DNA from: Octopus bimaculoides | Taxonomy: Eukaryota | Length of the DNA: 40,734 nucleotides | Direction: 5' to 3' | Assembly: GCF_001194135.2 (NCBI RefSeq) | Contig: NC_068998.1 | Location: forward strand, 22,090,813 to 22,131,546 | Shown here: positions 12,591 to 25,374 of the stretch, piece by piece | How the letters are laid out: every line of letters starts with the position of its first letter | Numbering within the stretch: position 1 is the stretch's first letter | Position numbers and translations under genes: made by a program | Notes under the pieces: model-generated | What the model was told of the DNA's origin: nothing | Seen by the model: only the letters and a program-made list of their open reading frames with translations | Database searches by the model: none

Positions 12591-14974
12591 GTTACATCTA
12601 GATTTGTTGGCCATGAGCTAAAATGTGAATCAATTTAATTGCCACACATTTCATCTTATTATCTCGCCCCCATTTGCAGGAGTAAAGAGAGAGAGAGAGC
12701 ATGAAACCAATGCACACCAAGGTTTAGTTATATGCAAAACTATGACAATGTCGTACGCACCTAATTCGGGACAAATCTCAGCTTCATATACTTGATTTAT
12801 TATGTTATTTAAGGAAAACTGTAATGCGTATAAACTGTAGAATATTAAAATGTTTTTTTTTATTTAAAGCTTGTCTTATATAGGTTTTCTGTTCATAGAT
12901 CCTCTGCAATCAAAATAAATTCTTGTAAAAGAGATATAGGTTCAAATTTCGTGCACTTAAAATTATATCTAAAAAATCATATTTAAGAAATGTATTATAA
13001 TCCCAGCAGTAAGCGTTCCATTAACTAACTGTTAATTCGAATCGAATGTGAAGGACAATCATTCCTGCGTTAATTGTTTCAATTATGTGTAACTTTTTGT
13101 GAACTACAAGCCAATATTGAGACGCATTCTGTTGGAAATATTACAGTTCATTAGATGCAAGCAATCAATACGATAGGATGTGCTGGGATCAAATACGTAT
13201 GCTATAAGAACTGCAGTATTCATGAACAGACATATTCATATCAAATCGAGAACAACGCTTGATGGTCGGCTGTCATTGTCCAATCAAGGATGTAAACATT
13301 GATATACTGAATATTCGATACTAGTAGAAATGCTAAAATGTTTCCCAGCTGGATATTAATGAGTTTGAAAAGCATATGGGATTCATCATACTCTTGCTTT
13401 CCAACATTGAAAACTGCGTCTTTTGCTCAAAACCTTTCTCGGCATTATGTCCATAGAAAATTAATCATGGACTATAGCCACTGAAGATAAGGAGAATTTC
13501 TCGTGAAAGGAAGTACATATGCGATCACTCTAATACCAGTAAATATAATTTAAATCGTCTGCAATTCACTTCCTGTCATATTTATTAAGAGAACTTTGGG
13601 GAATATGCTGCTCGGTGCGTTATGCATAAACTTAACACTAATCACACATATGGAGTAATCATGTATAAAATAACATTCACCATACATCAATTAAATCGGG
13701 ATTGATATTGAACTGAAAAACAGAAACTCAGTTTAATGAAATGCCTGCCCTACAAAGAAAAGCCTAGCTCTTCATGTTAATATGATTTCTCTCCAATATG
13801 CTTTCTCCTTTAGCTCACTCCAACCTAACTGCGCAAATATTTAACAGTGCTCGCGAATGTTCTACCCTGGCGGAGAAAATTAAAAATCAAGAACTATCTC
13901 CACTATCTTTTCATTCTAATCATGGGCTTCTGTCGATGCAACAGGCACCCTATACACTACACCTCGAACTTGCACTGATTCCACAAAAGGAGACTTTAAG
14001 CGAATAATTTACTGCACTCATTCATGCCAAGCTTCTATAACTTAGAAAATCTTAGCCTCAGTCATGAAAAACACTATTGACCTATATTCCCATTAGACAT
14101 GAACCTTACTTTCCATTAAAATTATACCATCGCTTCATGTGATGCGCTTCCATATCATGAAATATCTCCATTGGCAAAAGCTTCTACTTTACTAGATAGG
14201 CGTCCAAAAACCAAGGCCCTTCTTTTCAGGATCAGAAAATACTTCACCCTCATTGACTGATAATACTGTAAAAGGATGACATGAAACCCATAAAAGTATT
14301 GTAATGTCATACCTGCCCATCGACATTCTGGAACGCACCCGAAGAAGGGATACACTAACAGGTGTAATTTCTCTCTTCTCTGCCGCCACTATAATGATAT
14401 CTCTTCTTTGGAGCTGGTTGGTGTTGTACTTTTATCATACAGATAATACGTTCTATTCATATTTCCAACTATCTTTACTCTTGGTGTCTTCACCCCGCTC
14501 GGCCACATACTAGTGAGTATGCCCAGTTTTTTCTCTGCAGAACATCAGCTCTCTGGACTCGTTTTGCTAATGCCATTTTTGCAGTTGTTGCCCTACACGA
14601 ATTTAAACGGAGCATTTATAGCATCAAGTTCACTGATCAAATTAACCAGCCATGAAAATGAGCAGGTTCCTTTCTTCTCCAAACAATTCAAGTAAAAAGT
14701 GACTATAAATCATTTCCCCAAATCTCATCTTCTCTTGAATAAGCACGTTCAAATAAATCGGCTAACAATAGAAGGTTTGTATTTTCCAAGTATCACACTG
14801 AATTGGTAGCATAAATCATATGAATAAAGCTTATGTGTAAATAGTATTTTTTCAGTATATGTTTAATAATTTCAAACGAATAAGAGTGTCAGATGGTCAT
14901 CTGCGTGCTTCTAGGTCTTCGCATACGCAGAAGCGCGAAAACACACACATCGTTATGCATAAACAATCATACTA

Positions 14975-15600
14975 CGTTTTAGCCCAAGGATATGGCCATG
15001 CTTCAGCACGACCAGTGTAATATCTTTTTCAATGGCCAAGCTTATGTGACTGGCATTTGTTGGAGGAGTGAGTTCATTATTGCTGCCCTATTTTGAGTTT
15101 CCTGGTTTGATATTAGTTCACCTGTGACATTGGAGAGAAAGAGGTCAAGTTCTTTCTGGAAAACATAGATCCCTGCTCCAGTAAGATGCCTCAGATATTT
15201 TGGCAAAGCCTTAAATAGCTGTGGGCTCTTGAATCCCAAGCTATTGTAATACATGGTCCAACATTCTAGACAGGATAGCTAGGACATTTCGAACAGTGTA
15301 GTTTCGGGGCTGGTATTGTTCTCGATACTAAAGTTTGATGCCAGTCCCTTCTTCCATACATATATCACTGCATTCCTTTCTTGTCTTCGCTCCAGGGAAT
15401 AGAGTCGTAGCTCTTTCAGTCTCTCCCATTAGCTCAGTTGTTTCGATGATGCAATCTTTCTGGCCTATCACAATCTTTCTGGCTTAACTGTCTCACGTTC
15501 TGCTATTAACTTAACACTACAGTTGAGAGCAGTAGTCCAAACGGCTGAGTAGAAAGGTACTTTACAGAACCAGGAAAGCTTCGTGGTCCTTTGTCCTGAA
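14975..15600 (-). mobile_element. LINE (CR1/L2-group) 3' end: C-terminal ORF2 and 3' UTR
   Basis: Minus strand: WERLKELRLYSLERRQERNAVIYVWK and YNSLGFKSPQLFKALPKYLRHLTG..VFQKELDLFLS..RAAIMNSLLQQ, typical of the ORF2 C-terminus of CR1-like LINEs. Confidence 0.8.
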
Positions 15601-15602
15601 GG

Positions 15603-15779
15603 TTCTCATTGTTTTGAATTAATCATACATAATCTCATAGCTATGAAATTTTGATGAGGCAACTAAAATTTTTGAAGGATATTGTAGGGGTAGTGTGAGC
15701 GGCTACATTTACACAGGTTAAAAATAAAGCCGGTCAAATATTTTGGCTGGATATGGCCGATTTAAATGCTAAAAGATTG
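15603..15779. mobile_element. Partial MITE-like interspersed repeat (one end AATGCTAAAAGATTGA, resembling a TTAA-flanked TIR)
   Basis: CATTGTTTTGAATTAATCAT...GGCTGGATATGGCCGATTTAAATGCTAAAAGATTGA resembles, from memory, a common cephalopod repeat ending AATGCTAAAGGGTTAA. The opposite end is not visible here. Confidence 0.4.
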
Positions 15780-15837
15780 AAGTACATCTTTGATTATTGG
15801 GTATGTCAACTTAGTGTTATATTTGAGTAATAGGATG

Positions 15838-16050
15838 GGAGGAGATGGTAGAAAAGTGTGCACGGCGGACATAATTCTTAGTGACAGTTTGTCGGCTTTT
15901 ACGTTGTGCATTCAAATTCCCTACCAGTCAACTTTGTCTTTATCCTTTCGAGGTCGATAACATAATGTATTAGTGAAGCACAGGGGCTGATGTAATAACT
16001 CTCCCTTTTCCAAAGTGTCAGGCTTTGTGCCTATTTCAGAAAGTATTGTT
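15838..16050 (+). mobile_element. Degenerate copy of the abundant tRNA-SINE family
   Basis: GGAGATGGTAGAAAAGTGTGCACGGCGGACATAATTCTTAG..TTTACGTTGTGCATTCAAATTCC..ATCCTTTCGAGGTCGATAA..GCTTTGTGCCTA. Confidence 0.75.
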
Positions 16051-17878
16051 ATCTTTAAATTTTTGCACTTTATATCGGTTCTCTTTTCTTAAGCCTGACC
16101 ATGTTCAGTTACTATATAAATCAGATTATTTACTGTAGTAATAATAGTAAACACATTTGCATTTTTTTTTTACTTATATATGAAAATTTGATTTTGATTT
16201 GTATTTATTGATGCGTATATTTTCGTGTGAGTCCATCGTGTTTCCAGTCACAGATGTAAAATTCATTTATAATGAATCTTCTTTCATAAACGTTTGTCAT
16301 AAATATAACAGTTCTTGAAATATTAATGCTTATGTCTTCGTCATATAGTATCTTGTTCTTATTTGGCACATGCATATTTCCTTTTTCTTTGTCCAGTCTG
16401 TCGATAAGGATGCTTTAACTAGAAAGAATTTATTCACCTGAACTTCTTCGACAACAAAAGACGACGGTCTAGTATTGAACTCCTAACTTCAGTGGATTAC
16501 TATTTCCGAGTTTAATGCTAGCTGTGTCAATACTGGTTATATTTTCTGAAATAAATTTATACTGCCAGTTTTCTCTTGGTATTTTGATCATAGACCAAAG
16601 TTCTCAATAGACCAAAGATTTTCCGCCCTAGACTTATTCCCACTGAACGAACGTGAAGAAGCAAGAGAAATTTCTACTAATTCCCTTGAAATCCTATATA
16701 CAATTTATTTCATTTATATATTGTACTACCTCACTTACTTGTCATAGTTCCTTCTGAGAGGGCATTTAATCCTTTACCGTAATCCGTTCCGTTTAGATAT
16801 AAGGTGTGGCGGCAGATTTTCTTCATTGGTTTCTAAACTACTCAGCCGTATCATGCGTTGATCATGAAGAGTCTATATTGTCCCATTTAACCGTGACAAT
16901 CTGCTGCCCATTATTAGGTTTATGTCATAAGATTTTCTCAAATTCTGTTTTTGTTTGTCAGTTATTCTCATAATCATTTATTACATCTGCTTGTTTTGTA
17001 TTTGTGGAATTACTTGAAAGCAGAAACGATTGTTTCGTAGCTATGTGAATTAGCTTTCCATTGTTGGTTAGATATATTAATAGTCCATTTTATTATTATG
17101 TATATTATTATATGAATTTGTATTTCAGTAATCTTAAAATTGCGTGGTTTGATTGTATAACTAAGTTTGGTTAGGCGTATCTTATGTTTGTGTGGTGTTC
17201 TGTTTCTTTCATATTTTTTTTATTTTATTACTCGTTTATGCCTAGAAGACACATAAATAATTACATCTATAGACACTAGATTTTTAACTAATATCTATAG
17301 AAATAATTATTCATATGTCTATATCTGCTTTTGTTTTATTATTCCCAACACACATGAAAATAAGTTAATTGTTTATACTTTACCTCTTGAAAGTCTGGAT
17401 GTCTCTGTATTTGTTTGCATAGGAGGGGATTTTTACCATTTTATTACAATGTTTGTATTATTTAATATATCAGCGATTATATATTTTATATAATATCACT
17501 ATTCTCAGTGTTCTTCACAATAGCACTGCAGACAAACGTTTTATTTATTTTTTACCGTTTTTTTGACTCGAATATCACCTCATGCGTGCGGGTTCATTCA
17601 TCTCTGTATGCGATAAATATACGATAGTTCTGCTTTAGGATTGCACCTACTTGAATACATAAAATGAGTAGACCAGGCAGTAATATAAATATCTCTAACG
17701 TCTGTATGAGCACTTAAGATTTATCGGGCATAATCTTCACGTGGTTATATCAGACACTATCCATCCTGAAAGCATTGCATTGCCAAACTTTTCATATTTA
17801 TTCAAATTCAAAATGGAAAGTTATTCATCCTTACATTCTTCTCATACCAAATTTGCCTGTTTCATAGCTGCATCATAC

Positions 17879-17978
17879 TCTTCTTCTTCTTCTTCTTCTT
17901 CTTCTTCTTCTTCTTCTTCTTCTTCTTCTTCTTCTTCTTCTTCTTCTTCTTCTTCTTCTTCTTCTTCTTCTTCTTCTT

Positions 17979-18009
<31 letters not shown>

Positions 18010-18030
18010 TTATTATTATTATTATTATTA
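17879..18030. repeat. Compound (TCT)n-(TAT)n microsatellite
   Basis: About 43 TCT units (17879-18007) followed by about 7 TAT units, read directly. Confidence 0.95.
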
Positions 18031-19320
18031 GCTCTGCCTTAGTGTACTCAGTTCGAAGTACTTGGTGATTTTTTCAAACTCTTTGCTCACAACAGTCATG
18101 TCATTTGGTATGGCTACATCAATGATCTGACAGTATTTATCTCTCTTATTCAATATGACAATATCTGGCCCACGGTTTCCGATTACACGATCCGTCTGAA
18201 AATCAGTCATAGAGTATCGTTACTTTCCCATACTCCTCCATAACTTTACTTGGTACATGCTCATACCGGTTCTCTGTTACTTCATATTGGTATTTACGGC
18301 ATAAGAATCAATGTAAATTCACACATTGGATTTCAACACCATCTTCAACCTTTTTGATACGCCTCGCTGACTTTGACTTTCATTTTACTGTGTAGAATGT
18401 CATCCAGTCCCAAAATCCCTAAATATCTATACCCACTACCATCGGGCTCACCCATGGTCTCTCCTGATGATAGCCGCAATCCTTTGCAGGCTGCTTTCTT
18501 CCCTCTTTTCATATTAAGTACTGAGCATTTGGTAATCCTAAATTCCATATCAATGTCCCTACCACAATTCTGGTCTGTGTTGAGGAATATANNNNNNNNN
18601 NAATGATCTGACAGTATTTATCTCTCTTATTCAATATGACAATATCTGGCCCACGGTTTCCGATTACACGATCCGTCTGAAAATCAGTCATAGAGTATCG
18701 TTACTTTCCCATACTCCTCCATAACTTTACTTGGTACATGCTCATACCGGTTCTCTGTTACTTCATATTNNNNNNNNNNGATGGTACAATGATGGGCCTT
18801 TCTTCCCACATCGGTAATCCATCTTAACTTTCCTAAGTATCATTGTTATGGTTATTAGTGCAATTACAAAAAGACACGGAGAAAACGAGTCACCTTGGAA
18901 GACACCCACTTTAATATTACATTACTTGAGTAAAATTTGGTTTTCCACTCTTTCATGCTATGCATCAGACAATTTGTGATGTTGTCAGCAACACCAATCA
19001 TCTGCGGGTATTCAACAATCCAAGAATGAGGATCCATATCGTAAGCCTTCTTAAAGTCAATCCAAGCTATATAATGTTTGCATGATGTTTTTTTTACAAT
19101 ACCTCAAAACTGTTTTATCGATGATCAGGTGATCCTTGGTGCCCTGAAAACTCTTCCTACATCCTTTTTGTTCCATTAGTAGTATTTCTTCCTGTGCCAG
19201 AAACGTGTATGTCTTTGGCGCACATATTCCAGTGATTATCTCCCAGATTATGTTCAGGCATGCTATGGGACGGTAGTTTCCCCAAAATATTCCCATTTGT
19301 TCTATCTTTCATTACAAGTG
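18031..19320 (-). mobile_element. R4/Dong-clade retrotransposon (second family): RT and REL, internally deleted, with two small N-gaps
   Basis: Minus strand: TLVMKDRTNG..NYRPIACLNIIW..EQKGCRKSFQGTKDHLIIDK, AWIDFKKAYD, VFQGDSFSPCLFVIAL, DMEFRITKCSVLNMKRGK..YRYLGIL, LCRKYQYEVTENRYEHVP, TDFQTDRVIGNRGPDIVILNKRDKYCQIIDVAIPND..KEFEKITKY. Ends in (TAA)n on the minus strand. Confidence 0.9.
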
Positions 19321-19328
19321 TTGTCTTA

Positions 19329-19341
19329 TATTATTAATTAA

Positions 19342-19396
<55 letters not shown>
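19329..19396. repeat. (TAT)n microsatellite
   Basis: Read directly. Confidence 0.9.
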
Positions 19397-19401
<5 letters not shown>

Positions 19402-19403
19402 TT

Positions 19404-19580
19404 CAGAATCGTTAGCACGCCGGCGAAATGCATAGCGGTATTTCGTCTACTACTACGTCTAAGTTCAATTTCCGCCGAGGTTGATTTTCCTTTTCACCCT
19501 TCAGGTGTCGTTAAATTACGTACCAAATGAGTACTGAACTACTTAAGATCTAGCCTTAGTGCCTATAGTAGAAAGGATTA
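19404..19580 (+). mobile_element. tRNA-SINE (abundant family) with (ATT)n tail
   Basis: CAGAATCGTTAGCACGCCGGCGAAATGCATAGCGGTATTTCGTC..AGTTCAATTTCCGCCGAGGTTGATTTTCC..GTGCCTATAGTAGAAAGGATTATT. Confidence 0.85.
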
Positions 19581-19624
19581 TTACGATTATTAATTTCATT
19601 GTTATTTTTGTTATTACATTTGTT

Positions 19625-20145
19625 GTTTCTCTTGTCATTACAATTCTCTTCCGAGAATGGGCTACATCCAGTGACCTTAGGTATCAAGTAACTTCTTCAT
19701 TACATCTTCCATTCCTTTTAGCCAATCTAATATTAGAATTCTCTTCGTAATCAATTCGTTATTTCCAATAAGCAATCTATTTGATTTTCTCAAACTATTT
19801 TGTACTGCCCCAAATGCTCCTACAGTGATATTTATATCCGTGTCTTGAAAGGACATGACGCATCAGTAAGGACCCTTTACTTCCAATATATACCAACAAC
19901 TGTGGTGTCACTTTTGTTATGCTCCAAGACCCTTTTATCTGTTTCTATAGGAATAACCCACAAGATTCGACAGTTATCTGTTTTAAGTATACACTTACTT
20001 TGCTATTGATACCATGTCTTTCCATGCTGAAACACCCATTTTGGACAAAGATTCTTATTTATTTCCCCCGTAACTTCATCATGTTTTCCCGTACACGCCT
20101 CGGGTATTTAAACATTAAATGTACCACCGTCTCACTATAGTTACC
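19625..20145 (-). mobile_element. R4/Dong-clade 3' fragment (third family): end of CCHC, REL and 3' UTR
   Basis: Minus strand: ETVVHL..HDEVTGE, CRILWVIPIETDKRVLEHNKSDTTVV..LTDASCPF, VGAFGAVQNSL, KKLLDT*. Followed by a degenerate (AAT/AAC)n tail at about 19576-19640. Confidence 0.7.
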
Positions 20146-20299
20146 ATATAATCGACACAGATGTAATTTTTTTTCTCTAATGGAATTTGGAATCCGCCAC
20201 TTGAACCTGACAATAATTCAAAATGATTAAAAAGTTGGTGGAGAAAATGGAAGATGACTATCTATTGGGAGAGTAAATGTGAAGGAAATGTCAAATTGG

Positions 20300-21300
20300 A
20301 ATAAACATTGGCCATGTGTTGTTCAAGGTGTTTACTCTTGGCATTTGGTTTAATATACTGGTCCCGAGAATCCACTTAGAAATTCTCTTCCTTTTTGCGT
20401 TGAGAAGAGCTACGTCATTTATCTTACTCCTTTCCATATAACAGTTATTCAGTCCGTTCCATTCTTTACGATCATCGTGCCTTTCCAATGTTTCATTGTC
20501 TCCATTTCTTATGCACTATGTCAATACCTTTGTGTCCAGTTATGATTCTCATTTGAACTTTTCTTTAAGCGCTTCATCGTGTAAATAATTTTCAACCTCT
20601 TGCTTCTATCAAAGTCTGTTAATAGTTTGTTGAGCTTAAAACAAATTATTTGTGTTCCTTATAATTTATATTATTTCCTTGTTAAAACTCTACAGCTTCC
20701 GCTCCAATATGTGCTGTAGTGTGTATCAATACATTTGCCTCGGATATATTCTTGGATACCTAGGTAATATATTATCTAAGCCATTTGCTAGTCGTGTTTC
20801 AGGTGTAACCTGATTCCTCTCTATATATCTGAAATTCAGCAGAATTTCGCCATGGCCTCTGGTATATTTTTTGCACTGAAAATTCTGTTAAAACTGTATT
20901 TTTCTTCATCTAACATTGGCACTTGTATTTTCCTAACTGTTCTGTTTCCAGCTGTCTTTTGAGTTAATAGTAATTCTTCAGCAACTACTTCCAAGAATTC
21001 TATTTTCATCAATCTCTTCAACTAATTCTTTTCTGGGCCATTGAAAAATTTCCCTTTGATCTCTTCAATTTCAATTTCAGTCATTTGTTTTAATTACACT
21101 ACACTGGACAAATAACCTTTCTTCAGTGACCTCAGAAAGGCATCTTTGGCATTTATATTTGCTTCATCCCTTATACGTAAAAGATTTCACGCCAATCATA
21201 TTGACTTCCGTTTTCCATTTCCTTCTAAATTCGTTCCGGCCAATAAATAGACATGAAGCTCACTGAACATGTTCTCCATTTCAATACCTACCAGGGAAAG
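20300..21300 (-). mobile_element. R4/Dong-clade N-terminal ORF region (upstream of RT), degenerate
   Basis: Minus strand: Y..GMKQI, EVTEE.., MTEIEIEEIK (resembles the GYRKRM..IW / EQRL / WLSDVEIEEIK block of R4-like ORFs). Further on are ERHDDRKEWNG and SKW..GP-like motifs just upstream of where RT would begin. Confidence 0.55.
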
Positions 21301-21866
21301 GACCTTCAAACTCATCTTTTACAATCCCATTTAAGGAACTGGGAAAGGCTAATACAAACTAGAAAAATGCACTCACTTTGATTTTTGCAGTAAATGTTTG
21401 TCACTAAATTTTAGAAGGTAAATGATCTTGTTTATTTATTTTTCATTTGCACCCTAATTTTCACGTGATCTCTCATTTATTGTATCTTTCTCCCCAATTC
21501 AGTATTAGCTGTCTATTATCAAATTATCAAAGTGTACTTTATCTTGAAACTTTAGCAGTGATCCTTTAAGCATTGACGTTAAGAATATATTGTATTGTAG
21601 TTTAAATGAGCGAAAATAGAGGGTAGACCCCTTTTGGTTTTTACCGATTGCATGAAATTTAAAACTCAGTTAAGTAGTTAAACGCTGCTAACATGCATGT
21701 GTGAGATACTTTGAAACAACTAATATGATGGGAAACACTTGAATGCTTTCAAAAATGCATATGCAAAGACTTACAATCACCAATAAACGCACACACACAT
21801 TTATATATAAATATTTTTTCTTTGCATCCTATCAAGATTAATTAAATTATTGATATATAAATATAG

Positions 21867-22086
21867 ATGCGTGTGTATATATGTATTTATATACATGTAT
21901 GCATGTACGTGTGCATGTATATATGTATATCACCACATATACGTACATATATATACACACACAAGCACACACACACATGCACAGACATATACCTATATTT
22001 TATAAACAACATACCTGTTTTAATATATATATATATANNNNNNNNNNNNNNNNNNNNNNNNNNNNNNNNNNNNNNNNNNNNNNNNN

Positions 22087-22120
<34 letters not shown>
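21867..22120. repeat. (TA)/(CA)/(TG)n microsatellite cluster around the N-gap at 22038-22086
   Basis: Read directly. Confidence 0.9.
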
Positions 22121-23424
22121 TGTATTTTGAATTTCATCGATCCTGGCACGGAAATATAAACGAGAATTGAATACTGGATAATATTCATTCAGTGGCACAT
22201 ATCATATCTCCTCTAGAGAAGTTATTAGTACAACGTGATTATTGGTATGAAATGCTTACCTGCTACTATATAAAATGCTCTTTATAATTATAGCACCTGT
22301 TCTCTTTAATATAAATATATTCAGGATACTAACATATTGTAAGTAATATGAACTAACAACTATACTTCCATCAAATCCGAAAATGGATGTTGAATATTTT
22401 CATAGAAAAAGTTCTTCGCAAGAATATGGATTAAATTTTACTTCTAGTAAAGTTTTGGATTGTTAGATGAATGACCAATATATTGATTTTTGATACCGCA
22501 AGAATGCATTGCGTTTAGGGACATGGATTTAATCGATTAAATCGAATATATTACATGACAGGTAATTAAATTAATTGACCTCAGAAAGATGAAACGAAAA
22601 TAATGATATTCATCGAGTGGTGGGATTTATTATTTTTAATAGAATATTTTCACTGTCGTTTAGCAACAGCCTGGCCTTGCCGGATTTGACATGTCATCTA
22701 ACATGTTTCAGCTATGATAATATGTATACATCAACTATATTGAGTTCTGAAAAGAACGGATGCTGAAATGTATGATGTAATGCTTTTCATCGCAAGTAGA
22801 ATAACAATGTGAGGGTTATTTCTCGTTACCTTGTTCAGCACTGTATATTCATAGGCTATATTAACGTTGTAGAGTGTTCCATACAACACGTTTTCAAACT
22901 GCTAACAAGGATGCTCTTTTGATATAACAGTATATATAGATATGAGACGTACTGAACTATTTCAAAAGTACCTTATCAAAATGTACAGAAAGCCGGGGAG
23001 AGAATCTACATGGTCAGGGTAACTTCTAATTTATCGAAATCGTTATTACCTTTCTTTCCTTTCATTCAATTTTTACTGAAATTAATTTTTTCAATACTAT
23101 AGAAACACCTGGTGCTGTTTAGAAAATCATCATCCCATCAAAAATATTCTTTACATGTACGTATATTCATTCCTGAATATTCATGTTTTACCATAACGTA
23201 TCAAAATATGCGTTCCGATCTACATATGCGTTCCGGCTGTTCCCTGATAATTATCATGTCATACGATTATATTTAAATATAATATAACGTGTAAAAATTA
23301 CTGTGAATCTACAGAAAATTTTGTCGGACCTCAACACGATATTTGATGTGTCAGAGGTCTTATATAATAGAGTATTTAGAATTCAGTCACCGATACACAT
23401 ACTGTCAGACAAACGTTCACGCAC

Positions 23425-23431
23425 ACGCACC

Positions 23432-23478
<47 letters not shown>

Positions 23479-23512
23479 GCACACTCACAAACGAAGAGTT
23501 ATTCGTATAAAT

Positions 23513-23552
<40 letters not shown>
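23425..23552. repeat. Two (CA)n tracts
   Basis: Read directly. Confidence 0.9.
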
Positions 23553-23556
<4 letters not shown>

Positions 23557-24116
23557 TTATAGATATTACAAATTTTCTACGGAGTAAATGACGATGTATT
23601 TGCTCACATACTTTTGAGATGCTTAATCTTTTAGATATGTGTGTATGCGTGTTGAAAATATTTCATAGATTTGCATGTAATGCGACTGTAGGTGCTTGTT
23701 GAAATGTATGTTTACAAGAGTTAGTTTGATTTCCAAATTTCAGGAACTAAGTTTGAATTATTTGAAAATATAGGATTATTTACTCAGGATACCTTTTTTT
23801 TTTAACCAAAGTGGAGAGAAATTTATAGGAACTGACATAGTGTTTTTCGTTTATTGTTGCACAGTTATGTTTAGGATTATTAAGTTCAGTATTGAGTTTA
23901 TGTGACTGGTATCTGTATATATTCCACAAACAATCTTAACTGACAGCATAACAGCTATTAATTTTTGTATGCATCATTGAACTTTAAATCCAAACCTTAT
24001 CTCCTGTGGTTTAGAGCAGCACCATTGTCAATGGGGAACAGTGAAAGCACTCGCATAGATCCTGTCGTTCTACTGCGCATTATTTTCTACTGATACTTGT
24101 ACATACCGATGGAGAA

Positions 24117-24828
24117 TACCGTAAAACATTCACATACATCCTATGGTTCTACAATTCAGCATTCTCTACCGATACACGTATGTTTAATAATAAGATTATA
24201 TTAAAATAACAGCACGGTCAACATAGCGGACAGACACCAGTCACCATTTGCAACAGCTGACGAATAGAAAACTTAATGCTTCCACTACCTCGTTAGTGCG
24301 CTCTCTCTGACAGCGCTCAGACAGATATGGGCTTTCAAGACACGTGTAGTTTACAGTAACTTACCTACCTGCAACGACAGATTAGTAGCATGTACATTCT
24401 GTGACTAGGCAGTTCGGATCAATCAGAGGAATCACAAACCTTACGGTACCGCTTACTTTTAAACAATTACAGAGAGATTTTCATAAGCAGCAATACTCTA
24501 ACTAGGTAAACATTAATTTCCAGCAACTGTAAAACCCGTCATGGTTGTAAGTGATAAACGAAGGAAATACGAAGCTGGTTTTAAGCTGAAAGTGGGAGCA
24601 TACGCTATTGAAATACAAGAAAAGTGGAGGCTTAACAGGTAGCTGCGGAAGCTACAGCTCACTCGACCCCATTAGCTATGAATCTCGCACCTTTGGTGCT
24701 CGAGCTACTTTCCACAAACACTTAGAGTAAACGTATACAGCAGCTATAGTTCAAAACCCACTTTTTCAATGGAAATACTGGGGGCCACCTTGTATACCCA
24801 GCCGTATTATGCGCCGACGTGTAAGGTA
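24117..24828 (+). mobile_element. pogo/Tigger-type DNA transposon deletion derivative (left boundary uncertain)
   Basis: 24541 translates MVVSDKRRKYEAGFKLKVGAYAIE, matching the RRxY..xFKLKV N-terminal HTH of pogo-family transposases. The right end ..TTGTATACCCAGCCGTATTATGCGCCGACGTGTAAGGTA resembles pogo/Tc2-type ends (..TACGGTA). A TACCGTAAA candidate left end lies at 24117. Confidence 0.55.
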
Positions 24829-25374
24829 TATATTCATACATATAAATTCATCAACTGAATGTGTTCATCGCTTACTTTCTCTCGTTTCGTATGTATACAT
24901 ATGTACATATTTTGTATTTCATCTATTTTATATCTTTGATGTCCAATTTTCCATCCACATAATTGCTTAGATGTGTGTCTGTGTGCGTGTTTATATATAT
25001 GTATATATATATATATNNNNNNNNNNNNNNNNNNNNNNNNNNNNNNNNNNNNNNNNNNNNNNNNNNNNNNNNNNNNNNNNNNNNNNNNNNNNNNNNNNNN
25101 NNNNNNNNNNNNNNNNNNNNNNNNNNNNNNNNNNNNNNNNNNNNNNNNNNNNNNNNNNNNNNNNNNNNNNNNNNNNNNNNNNNNNNNNNNNNNNNNNNNN
25201 NNNNNNNNNNNNNNNNNNNNNNNNNNNNNNNNNNNNNNNNNNNNNNNNNNNNNNNNNNNNNNNNNNNNNNNNNNNNNNNNNNNNNNNNNNNNNNNNNNNN
25301 NNNNNNNNNNNNNNNNNNNNNNNNNNNNNNNNNNNNNNNNNNNNNNNNACATATATATACAAATATACATAATA

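Noticed and set aside
14901-14932. Small CpG-rich hairpin TCTGCGT...ACGCAGA
   Set aside because: The 7-bp stem is expected by chance, and there is no Helitron-like CTRR terminus at the right spacing.
18602-18769. Exact 168-bp duplicate of 18121-18288 inside the R4 element
   Set aside because: It is 100% identical and bounded on both sides by 10-N gaps, which indicates a scaffolding artefact rather than a biological duplication.
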